A stretch of 64,000 nucleotides of DNA from Octopus sinensis (lineage: Eukaryota), in contig NC_043001.1 of NCBI RefSeq assembly GCF_006345805.1, positions 34,968,001-35,032,000 of the forward strand, in the 5' to 3' direction. Position 1 is the stretch's first letter; every line of letters starts with the position of its first letter. This document shows, in pieces, positions 13,551-24,286 of this stretch. Below the pieces are notes generated by a model, which worked only from the letters and a program-made list of their open reading frames with translations, was not told the origin of the DNA and did not search any database. The translations under genes were made by a program, and so were the position numbers.

Positions 13551-14019
13551 TATATTATATATATTACAAATATTACAAATACATGAGGATAATTTTAAAC
13601 TTCGTGAAACCGTAAAGTAATTTCATTAAACCGAAGGATAAACATAGGACTGCAGATGGAAGTGCTCAGATGACACTCAAGCGAAAGGATAAATAAATTG
13701 AAAGGTATAATGAATAAACGCTCTAATTGATTAAAACAACTTTATAACATTCCCACATTATTATAAATCAAATATATATATATATATTAAAACATCAGGG
13801 CACCGAATTGTAAAACCCAATAGTATAAAATATAGACATATAGACAAAACTTCAAAGGGTAATGCGAGTGAAATCGAATGAAGAAAAATATATGAATTAA
13901 ATTAATGTACAATAAGAGCGACTATAAATTTAAGGCAGTGAAACGAAAATAAAATATAGAAACATAAATATAAAAAATAAAGGACTAAGTGATAATCAGA
14001 AAAAGTCAGTTCAATTGCA

Positions 14020-14110
14020 TCTCTGCGATCGTTTCAAAGGATGTTGCCTCTCTTCGTCAATGTAAGATCCATTAAGGAAATGCAAAGGCAATGATCTTTT
14101 CATCAGGAGA
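14020..14110 (-). ncRNA. Type I hammerhead ribozyme motif, U16.1 mutated
   Basis: TCTC-CTGATGA-AAAG...CTTT-GAAA-CGATCG-CA-GAGA. Stems I and II pair, stem III is a palindrome, and the cleavage-site U is replaced by C. Confidence 0.6.
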
Positions 14111-14133
14111 AACTTACAATGGTATCACCTATT

Positions 14134-14177
<44 letters not shown>

Positions 14178-14228
14178 CAAATATTACAAATACACACCAC
14201 ACACATATATATATGCACGCACAGAATA

Positions 14229-14360
<132 letters not shown>

Positions 14361-14680
14361 GTATGTATGTGTGTGTATATATATATATACATACATAAAG
14401 TGTGATTTCGGTCTAGTTGAATTAGGTATTTAAATTGAGGCACCTTGTTAGGACGAAATTATTTGCACACTCAAACATTATTGAGTATCAAACTCTACAT
14501 ACAGGTTTTACACCCTATATTCATGCAATGTAAGCAGATGACAGGGCTCAACTTAGTGAATAAATCCGCTCTTGTTTGTTCAGACATGTACTTTATATAA
14601 AGATACTTTCCAAATACCTCCGAGGTATAGATTCCAGAGTAGCCGAGTAAAATATAAATGAGTAACAAAAATGCGTGTCA

Positions 14681-14764
14681 GTTCATTACGGCCGTTTCGA
14701 GCGACTCCTTTAATTGATCAATGAAAGCATTGCGTCATTACAAAGTCGTTTTCATCAGATGACC
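14681..14764 (-). ncRNA. Type I hammerhead ribozyme motif, partly decayed
   Basis: GGTCAT-CTGATGA-AAACGACTTT...GGAGTCGCTC-GAAA-CGGCCG-TA-ATGAAC. A diverged inverted partial copy lies at ~14885-14955. Confidence 0.65.
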
Positions 14765-14990
14765 GCATAGATCTCATGCATAAAGGACAAGTTAGATATT
14801 TAGACATATTCATATCAAGAATGGAGAGCAAATATCTACAATGAATCAATATCATGATTCTGTTGCTAAACTGCCAAAAAGTCTTTGCGATGATGCAGTG
14901 CTTTCATTGATAAATTAAAGAATTCGCTCAAAACGGCAGTAATGAATTCACACATACGTCTTTGTTGCTCATATATACATACATATATAT

Positions 14991-15651
14991 AAACTTAGAT
15001 AAAACTTAGATATGTTTCGACCAAAGTGTGGTCCTCGCCATGTCTAACTTAAAAACACCACCTGATAGGACTATCTAAATCATTTAAAGTTAAGATTTGT
15101 GGTATCATGGTCCATTAAATTAGTGAGTTCTTGTTGAGTGAGTTGTATCCAGGGTTGGGTGGCTTATCTCGTACTCCTGGAAGAAATTTTCCAGACTCCG
15201 TTTAAAGGTGATGGGATCATTTTCCTCTTTGATCAGTTTTGCGACAATGTTAAACAGAGCAGAGCCTGTTGAGAGAAAGAAATTGTATCGCATTGTACCT
15301 ATCTGTTATGATCCTGAATTGGACAGGGGACTATGGCCCGTGGTCCAAGCATTGGGTGAACCTTGAAACTAATTTTCAGGTCGTTTGGGCAATGCTGGCG
15401 GTATATTCTCCACATCGTGCAAATGATGTACCGCTCGCGGCGGGGCGAGAGAGAGTAGAGCTTCAAGGCTTTAAGGCGATCCCAGTAATCGAGATCAGTC
15501 ATGTCCTTAATTCGATTAGTGAGTGTCCTCTGGGATGATTCAATTTTCGAGATATTTTGTATGGGAAGACCGCAAGGGGCAGCAGTATTTAAGGTGTGGC
15601 CGTACAAAGGAGGAGAAAAGTGGAAATATGACATCTTTTTCTCTGGGCCGG
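14991..15651 (-). mobile_element. CR1-group LINE, 5'-truncated 3' end
   Basis: PLYGHTLNTAAP (frameshifted RPHLEYCC) and LDYWDRLKALKLYSLSPRRERYIICTMW. The 3' stem-loop and ATCTAAGTTT tail repeat sit in (TA)n. Homologous to 62894-63593. Confidence 0.85.
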
Positions 15652-15733
15652 GAGGTTCTTAAGAACCCGGAACACGTTCTATGAGCTATATCGACCTTAT
15701 TGTTGATGTGGACACTCCAACTGAGTTATATAT

Positions 15734-15790
<57 letters not shown>

Positions 15791-16704
15791 TAGAAAGAGT
15801 GAGAGAGAGAGAAAGAGTGAGAGAGAGAGAGAGACACAGGTCACCAGAATTTTGAAAAAAAAAATTGTTATTTATTCATTATAGCGCTTTCGTTCGTTTC
15901 TCGAACTTGTCAAATATAATTTTTTGAATGAATAAACAGCTTGTTCATTGATATAAAACAATTTTTTTTTCTTTGGGTGGGGTTGCTTAGAAGAGGAGCA
16001 CATTGTTTTTGATTTTTTAAAATAGATAGATAGATAGATAGATAGGTAGGTAGGTAGATAGGTTGATAGATAAATAGATAGAGAGATAGTGAGACAGACA
16101 GATAGATAGACAAATAGGCAAAGGGAGGGGAGAAAAACAGGAGAGGAAATGGGATGTCCGTTTCTATTCACCATTCATTTATTCATTTAGCCATTTACAA
16201 TTGTATTGAAGTGGGTTTAAGGATGGTGACCGCCTCAAGAAAAAAAAAATAAAAAGAAGTGTGGTGTGGTCATCACTGAACCTTTTTGCTTCCTTTCTCT
16301 CTTTGTTACCCTTCGTATCTTCTTTCTTTTTCCTTTTGTTCCTTTTTCTTTGTATTTTTTTTCTGTTTCCTCGTTCCTTCTTTTTCCTTCTTTCTTTTTC
16401 TCCACTTTGAGTTATACTTAGAATATAAAATGTACTGTCTCCTCTTTTCTTTCAAATATTCAATTTTAGAGAGAATTTTTTGATGAAATGTAGTTCCATT
16501 GCTTTTCAGTATTTCGGATCGTCCCGTGCACATTTGTAAAAGGGAAATTGTTGTGTTTTCCGTCGCTGTATATTTCCAGATACTTACATAATGGAATCTT
16601 GCGCATTTCCTTTTGTAATTCCTCTATATATGTAATTCATCCCTCTCTTTCTCTCCCACACTCTCCCACTCTCTCTCTCTCTCTCTCTCACACACACTCC
16701 CACT

Positions 16705-16742
<38 letters not shown>

Positions 16743-17029
16743 ATCACCGTCATTAAAGTGTGACAAAGTGTGTAGGGAGAGCCAGAAAGAAATGAGAGAT
16801 AAAATAATATTCTAGAACCAGTCCGAATCTTCGGACCGAGGTTGTAACTTAATAATCCCATTCCTAAGCTGACAAGAATGAATGTTCTGGATCGTATGTA
16901 GATGTATGTATACGTGGTATGCTATAATTACGTTGGGGGACATCAACATATAGGATATCTTATTTGGGCACATTGTGAGTGACGCATCCTGTGGTCACTA
17001 GGTGCTTCGGTTCTTACAGCATACACCGA

Positions 17030-17200
17030 CCGTCATACAGACGATTCGAGGGAGGTTGCTCGACAAATACACATCTACTGATCTCACCGTCATCGCTTTC
17101 CAGTGAAAGGCATCTAGATTCTTTCTTAGCATCGTCTATGTATTTCCTGGTGGCTCTTCTGTGACTTTCTGTAACACTGAGGGTTCCATAGACCATACCA
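17030..17200 (-). mobile_element. Decayed RTE-like 3' fragment
   Basis: HRRATRKYIDDAKK resembles the RTE C-terminal RGRPxxxYxD motif. Weak match. Confidence 0.3.
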
Positions 17201-18074
17201 AGTATACAATCTACATTTCCTCGACTGCAAAGCCCCACCGTTAAACAACTCATAACTACACATACTCCACGTATATACCCATCCTCCATCAGCAACTGGT
17301 ACTTAGTTCTTTTTCACACTAGCACCTTCTCCATCCTCTCATTCTAGGGCATATTTAACTCCATTAAATATTTAATGTGCATCTGAATAAGGAGAAATTT
17401 TATGATGATATATTACATATATTTATTCAAATGAGAATATGTATATTTATGAGATGTTTGCTTTCTATATAAAAGTGCAATGATTAATTGAGTATTTGTG
17501 ATTATTTATATGAAAATTGAGCGCAAAATTGCATGTAGGGAGCAATTTTTGTTTCCCTTATCTTTATTAACAGAAAATTAAGATGGCGTTTACAAGTATT
17601 TTGTATGTCTACATGTTTGTGTGTGTTTCTCTATTTGTGTTTGAGAGTGCGTTTTAATGTTTGCGCGTCTGTGTGTGTATGCAAGTCACTACATGCTTGA
17701 TGACTGCATGATGAAATTAACATGTGTATCATCATATGTGTGCCTCTCTCTCTGTGTGAGTGTGTGTCTGTGTATAGATGAATGTTCAATGTTTAAATAA
17801 GATGTGATCAAATTGGTTTTCTAAATTTTATAGTTATACACACACATACATCTCGGATTCTGGCAATCACAAATACAGACTCATATAGAAAAGCATACTC
17901 ACAAACACACACATAGAAAGATATATATGACGACAAATGATTATTTATACCATTACCTTTCTACAAATACATCCTAAATGACTAAAATTTCTGCACGTCC
18001 TCTCTCACTATGTATAGATATACATATATACATACATACGCACACACACATATATATATATAGACGCAGGCGTG

Positions 18075-18231
18075 TTTGTGTAGTAAGAAACTTGCTTCGC
18101 AACCATATGTTTCAAGATTCATACCAACTGTATGGCACTTTATTCAAGTGTCTTCTGCTTTAGGCCTCGGGCTGATCAAACCCTTGTCAGTGCATTTGGT
18201 AGACGGGAACAGAGAGAGGCCCAAGGTACAC

Positions 18232-18262
<31 letters not shown>

Positions 18263-18420
18263 TACACACATATACATATATATGTATGTCTATGTGTATG
18301 TGTGCGAGGGTGTGTGCGTGTGTGTAAGTGTATTTGTGAGAGTCTTTGTGTTTGTTCTCCAACCGCCGCCGCTTGACAATCTGTGTTGGTGTGTTTACGT
18401 CCCCGTAACGCATCCATAGG
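18075..18420 (+). mobile_element. SINE family B with expanded internal (CA)/(TA)/(TG) microsatellite
   Basis: Homologous to 19711-20005 on both sides of the microsatellite. Confidence 0.75.
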
Positions 18421-18739
18421 TTGCTAATCAACTTATCACCTGGTGCCACATTTTTTATTAAAGATTTATGCACTCATGTAGTTCTGCGATAACATGGACA
18501 CATGCTCGCCGATCCCAATTTTGAACCCCACGCGTATTCTATGAATTAACTGTCGGATGCAAAGCGGGTGGTACTGCCACTAGGCTGACTAAACTGGAGG
18601 AGCATTCAAAGAAGTGCTATGCTGACGGACAACGCACTACTACTAGCACCCGCATACATACATGACTATATTTATATATATTCGTACATATACGTATTTT
18701 ATGTACATGCATAAATACAAACATATACATATATATGTG

Positions 18740-18840
<101 letters not shown>

Positions 18841-18846
18841 ATGTAT

Positions 18847-19145
18847 ATATATATACGATAATATGTTACATTACTCGATAGTCAAGATAAAACTCTGAGT
18901 TTCAGATGCCGAAGTGGAAATCCACAACACCATCTCTTCGGTTATCTGGCTATTTTTTTTTTCATAGCGTTTTCAAATAGCCAGATAACCGAAGAGATGG
19001 TGTTGTGGATTTCCACTTCGGCATCTGAAACTCAGAGTTTTATCTTGACTATCGAGTAATGTAACATATTATCGTATAGATAAATTTCCTCTATTTACAT
19101 AACATGAGGTTTCTTTCTTTCTTTTGTTATCTTACCGTTTTATCA
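18847..19145. mobile_element. PLE-like terminal repeat with ~100-bp perfect inverted duplication
   Basis: Arms at 18847-18951 and 18978-19078, flanked by (TA)n. Each arm carries a hammerhead-like motif. Confidence 0.65.
18983..19045 (+). ncRNA. Hammerhead-like motif with CCGAAGA core (U4C variant)
   Basis: AGATAA-CCGAAGA-GATG...CATC-T-GAAA-CTCAGAG-TT-TTATCT. All three stems pair. A mirror copy lies on the minus strand at ~18884-18946. Confidence 0.55.
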
Positions 19146-19169
19146 ATATGTATATATATATATAAACAT

Positions 19170-19678
19170 CTTATAATTAAGGGCTAAAGAAGGTTATTCT
19201 AAAGCCAATACACTGATTTATCCACTTATAATCCACTTGTTACAGGTGGAATCCTTTTTCTGTAGAGAAAGGGACTTCATCGTATATTGTTAGTAGTAAA
19301 CTCACTGCTTGTTACAAGGGGACCGGTAACCATTACAATATGTAGCGGCGAAAGTTCAACACGTCGTTCTGAGACTGACCAAGGAATTTTTATTTTTAGA
19401 TATAAATGATGTACTTAAATGTAGTTATGTTTTTAGCTTCTGCTTTTTCCATAATCGCATGTGAGTATTTTATTTATATTCCCTCGTAAACTCTACTGAC
19501 GAAGAATGTTTCCTTTATAGGATTAATTACGAAATTGATTCAAGATAGAGATAACGAAATTTAAATTTTCTAAAGGTCAGTTGCCCGCTTTCAGTTCAAT
19601 TTTCCTGTAACAAGTGGATTACAAGTGGATAAATCAGTGTATTGGCTTTAGAATAACCTTCTTTAGCCCTTAATTATA

Positions 19679-19682
<4 letters not shown>
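19170..19682 (+). mobile_element. PLE-like fragment with inverted terminal copy and degenerate hammerhead
   Basis: 19170-19247 is the reverse complement of ~19604-19682. CTCTA-CTGACGA...GAAA-TTGATTCAA-GA-TAGAG lies at 19491-19550. Confidence 0.5.
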
Positions 19683-19710
<28 letters not shown>

Positions 19711-19713
<3 letters not shown>

Positions 19714-20005
19714 CGCAGGAGTGGCTGTGTGGTAGGTAGCTTGTTTACCAACCACATGGTTCCGGGTTCAATCCCACTGCGTGGCACCTTGGGCAAGTAT
19801 CTTCTACTATAGCCTCGGGCCGACCAAAGCCTTGTGAGTGGATTTGGTAGACTTAACTGAAAGACGCCCGTCGTATATATATGTATATATATATATGCGT
19901 GTGTGTGTTTGTGTCTGTGTTTGTCCTCCTAGTATTGCTTGACAACCGATGCTGGTGTGTTTATGTCCCCGTTACTTAGCGGTTCCGCATAAGAGCCCGA
20001 TAGAG
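19711..20005 (+). mobile_element. tRNA-derived SINE family B
   Basis: AGGCGCAGGAGTGGCTGTGTGGTA head, B-box GGTTCAATCCC and an internal (TA)/(TG) stretch. Inserted after (TA)n. Confidence 0.85.
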
Positions 20006-20206
20006 ACCGAAAGAAAAAAAAGAATATATATTGGTATCCAGAAGACCCAAGGTGGCAAATAAGGGTATGTAAGGACCGTGATTTATCTCTCGATTCAATA
20101 ATAACACAAATGACAAGTTTAATGCGGGTCTTGTATGAGCATGTATATGTTAAATAAAATGAGAGAACAGAGCCAAGGCTGTGTGGAATTTATAAAGGGA
20201 AAGTTA

Positions 20207-20254
20207 GTCTTACAGCTGTTTCTGGGATATTAAGGATATCCCTTCATCAGAGAC
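20207..20254 (-). ncRNA. Minimal type I hammerhead ribozyme
   Basis: GTCT-CTGATGA-A-GGGATAT-CCTTA-ATATCCC-A-GAAA-CAGCTG-TA-AGAC. The core is intact, with palindromic stem III and a GUA cleavage triplet. Confidence 0.8.
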
Positions 20255-20335
20255 GATGTGAGAGAGTTAAATAGAGGGAAATAGTAGAGTCATTTAAGGA
20301 AAGGATGGAATGGGATATAAGAGAATAAAAGTAAA

Positions 20336-20370
<35 letters not shown>

Positions 20371-20679
20371 CACACATATATATGTATACGTGTATGTTTA
20401 TATACATATGTATGTGTTTGTGTGTGTGTGTGCGTGTGTATATAAATATGAAATATTTTATTAGGATGTTACTAACCTCTTTTGGAAGAAGTTTTTCCTA
20501 GTGCCTGAGCGCTTTCAATTAACCTCTTCAAACAGACGTGCTCAGAGGTTAATCGAAAGTGCTCCCACACTTTCAAAAGGGGTTTGTGACACCCTGATAA
20601 GATCTTTTATAACTTTAAAAAAAATAATTTAATACCTAAAGACTGTTTTAAGTAATTTTTCACAAAGACTTACAAAGAT

Positions 20680-20714
<35 letters not shown>

Positions 20715-20789
20715 GACATCAAACGCTGTTCATACGATTAATATGGATGAATCACATGTTACCGTTAACTAAGGCTGGGAGAAAGGGTC

Positions 20790-21240
20790 TTAATTGTTTA
20801 ACACTTTGCATGAGAACGGGACGATTTGGATGAACGGCTTCACAATCGTGTCTAGTCCGACCTCAGGGCACGATTGTGACCCAGTAAGGTATCGGTACAG
20901 ATTATTAGAGAAATTGAATTCATATAAACACGAGTATTCATTTGATAACAAAGGGCTACAACTATCACCCATCGTAACCCCCTTAATCTTTTCAAAAACC
21001 TCCCCAGCAAATGTAATATATGCTTTATCAACAATAAAACTGGCCATTATTTGGTCTTCTTTTTCTAAATCACGTATTACAATTATTTTTACATTTCGAC
21101 AAAATCTTCATAGAAATATACTTATAACCTTTATTAAAAGCAATTTCAATAACACTAAGTGTACTTTCTTCCATTCTTTTCAAATCAAGATTGGCATACT
21201 GTTTAGGAAAATAATAAACATGCATGGCCCGAACTTCTTT
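20790..21240 (-). mobile_element. Penelope-like element reverse transcriptase fragment (pseudogenised)
   Basis: FIVDKAYITFAGEVFEKIKGVTMGDSCSPLLSNEYSCLYEFNF matches the PLE RT motif GxxMGxxxSPxxAxxY. Upstream IEIAFNKGYKYI is also PLE-like. Confidence 0.7.
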
Positions 21241-21359
21241 TTGTAGTTTGTTTAAACATTCGTTACTGGATTTTATGCTCCGAAATAATCTTATACCACA
21301 GTTGCAGAGACTTGTTTATACAATATCTTATGAAGCACGACATGCCAACATTTACAGCT

Positions 21360-21785
21360 TCATTAAGAGACAGAGACATGGTTTTGTTTTAGTATATTTT
21401 TAGTACTCGCCATAAATCTAATTTTAACCTTTATATTTCCTTATTTTCATTTTTATTTTTACGAAGATGTACTAGCATAGCGAGTGACTTGATCTGAGAT
21501 CGTGTGCTGGAACGAAAACAATTGCAGCGTGGAAGGTGTTTATAAGCCATTTAAGAAAGACAAAAACCGTTAGATTCACTTCAACATTTTAAAATTTAAT
21601 TTGTCAAAATATTTTCGTCGCTTTAAGACCGCGACCTGTTCACTGACAAAACTTCTTTGTCAGTGGACAGGTCGCGGTCTCAAAGCGACGAAAATATTTT
21701 GACAAATTAAACTTAAATGTTGAAGTGAATCTAACTGTTTTGTGTGTTTCTTAAATGGCTTATAAAAACCTTCCACGATGCAATC
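21360..21785. mobile_element. PLE-like terminal repeat with ~130-bp inverted duplication
   Basis: 21525-21650 is the reverse complement of 21657-21785 with a few mismatches. Confidence 0.6.
21601..21650 (-). ncRNA. Hammerhead-like motif with G3-C8 compensatory core (GUGAACA)
   Basis: TTGTCA-GTGAACA-G-GTCGC-GGTCTTAAA-GCGAC-GAAA-ATATT-T-TGACAA. Confidence 0.55.
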
Positions 21786-22364
21786 ATTTTTATCTTATTC
21801 TGTTATTAAGGTCATTGTAAAATTATGAAGTACATCACTCGTGATTTTGCCATCTCGTTCCAACTAAAGTGATGTATAAATCAGAAACCAATAAGATGTC
21901 TTTCAAAGAAAATAAATATTCTCTGAATCGGTCATATTCCTTTTCCATGATTAATACAAATTAGGTTAATTACAATATTTTCTTACTGATCAATTTAGCA
22001 TATTACATTTCGAATTTAAAGTACGCTCTTAGCTCCGGTCTAAATATGTATTTGAAAATGTATCGTGTTTGCACTTATAAATTTGAATTCTTTTACCAAA
22101 CACAAATATTTGTGTATCTCCACTAATAGAATCTGATACCAGCTTTTCGCTAATTAAATGTCTTTCATAAACTATATAGGGCAGCCACAAGAACATCCGA
22201 TCACTTGAGGCTTTTGTAGATTTTATTTTCCACTGTTCCAGTTGTTTTTAAAGTAGCAATATCAGTATCCGTCAATGTAGAATCAATAAGTTTTAGCCCT
22301 GTTCTGTGGAGGGAGCGATGTTGACGACGACGATGATGTAAATGCAATAGTAATAGTAATAATA

Positions 22365-22485
22365 GTGGCATATATTGTGGCAGAATGCCTCAATTTGGCG
22401 CAGGAAGAATATAAGAAATAGAGACACGACCATATTGTAAAAGTTATGCACTGGAAACTGTGCTAGAAATGGGGATTTGAAGCTT
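22365..22485 (+). mobile_element. R4/Dong-like LINE fragment (zinc-knuckle region, D2)
   Basis: VAYIVAECLNLAQEEYKK*RHDHIVKVMHWKLC*KWGFE. Confidence 0.7.
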
Positions 22486-22849
22486 TAAACACATCAGATG
22501 TATACTTGTGTTCATGAGAATTCAGCTTTCTTAATAAACCGTTAACTTACGAGGTCGTAAATAGACCAAAACCAGTCGCGTATTGGTGGTGGTGGTGGTG
22601 GTAGCGACGGTGGTGGTGGGAATCATAAAGACACAAAGATACATTCATATATATACGAAGATAACTAAACAAAGACAATGAGTGTCTTAATTCCACCTTA
22701 AAATTTTCCGTTGCCTAAGGTGAGATCATGATCCTCATTTGGTTTTACGTCCATACCGAGCACAGGCTTATTAGGGCTAGCGGTTAAGTCACGACTATGC
22801 GACAGATTGTGCTAGATCACACATTAGCACTAAGAGTGACCTCACCATG

Positions 22850-22930
<81 letters not shown>

Positions 22931-22945
22931 ATATCTATATATAAG

Positions 22946-22986
<41 letters not shown>

Positions 22987-23252
22987 TGGCAGATGCAGTT
23001 CGAAAACTACAAAGATATGCGAGCAGGCTTATAAAAATCAGTTAAATCCAGTGTCCGCCTTCAGCTTGGAAAGATAGATATCTAATATTTCAAATCACAA
23101 CGCAGAGAAATCTAAGGGTAGAATGTTAGATACCTATCTCTCCACACTGAGGACGGTGGCCGGATTAAGCTAATGTTGATACGCTTCCACTACTGGTTGC
23201 GTTTCTTTAAATACAAGCACACATACACTCACACACATGTACACACACATGT

Positions 23253-23306
<54 letters not shown>

Positions 23307-23485
23307 TTGCCTCCCTATATTGATTAATTATGAATTTCTGGTTAATTCCGTAATGGAATCGGCGGCTTATATTTATTTGCTGCCGATAAATTTGGCGCGA
23401 GTGCGACGATTTGAAAATTTTAGGTCAGATATTGGCGTGGCATGGACGGGAATGCCTCGTGAAAAATATCTGTTCCGATTTGGCT

Positions 23486-23592
23486 ATTCCTTACTGATGA
23501 ATCTAAGGGCCTATGGTAGATTGGCTTGATTTAATTTAATCAGGTTCGTTTACCATTAAACAGTAGACGAAACGGTGCATCGTATAAGGAAT
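23486..23592 (+). ncRNA. Type I hammerhead ribozyme in a (TA)n-flanked ~420-bp repeat (about 23300-23715)
   Basis: ATTCCTTA-CTGATGA-ATCTA...TAGAC-GAAA-CGGTGCATCG-TA-TAAGGAAT. Stem I is a perfect 8 bp, stem III is near-palindromic, and the triplet is GUA. Confidence 0.8.
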
Positions 23593-23716
23593 TTCAGGGT
23601 AAATGTTTTTTTAATTTTCTCCTGGTTTACAGAATTAATGTTATTTTGCGGTTGAAGCTTTTTGGCTGTTATTTCTAGTGGGTGAATGGCCTATTATGGC
23701 CGTTCCTTGATTGTGA

Positions 23717-23747
<31 letters not shown>

Positions 23748-23924
23748 CAATTATAACGGCACACGAATGTGCCTGCCTGCTAGAAATAAGAGTTAAAACT
23801 CTCATTATACCACCAATAGTAACACTGAATATATAATTACTCCTGAATATTTTTCCGTATCTCTCTATCAAAATCTTTTTAAAGTCGATTCATATCTTTT
23901 AGTTTTTTAGTCGCTTGACACGTT

Positions 23925-24128
23925 TTAGTAATTCATTTTGATCACATTTTTTAGTAGATTTCTATAAATCCTTTTCCTGATTGACCTTTCTCTATATTCT
24001 ATATTTTTAAAAACAAACTGTTTGTGAACTGCTCTCCAATGGGGTGGAGGTGTAGTCGGATACAAGTCGTTCATATTTGTTTCAATTTCTCCGTTTTGTG
24101 CGCTTGTGCACCCGTATATCACCATCAA
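23925..24128 (-). mobile_element. Possible decayed PLE GIY-YIG endonuclease C-terminus
   Basis: IYGCTS...RERSIRKRIYRNLLKNVIKMN loosely resembles the YIGxT...RxxxExxxIxxxxPxLN tail. Confidence 0.25.
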
Positions 24129-24286
24129 ACATAATCGTAAAATTTTGGGAAAAATATTGAAAACTTAAGGAAGGGGTGTATAAAAAAGTCTAAAAGTAAT
24201 TTTTTTTGCATATTCAGAATCTCCGCTGGGGACAAGGTCGGAATCCGTAGAAAAAAAAAGAAAAGCACAACGGGGTAGCATACTTA

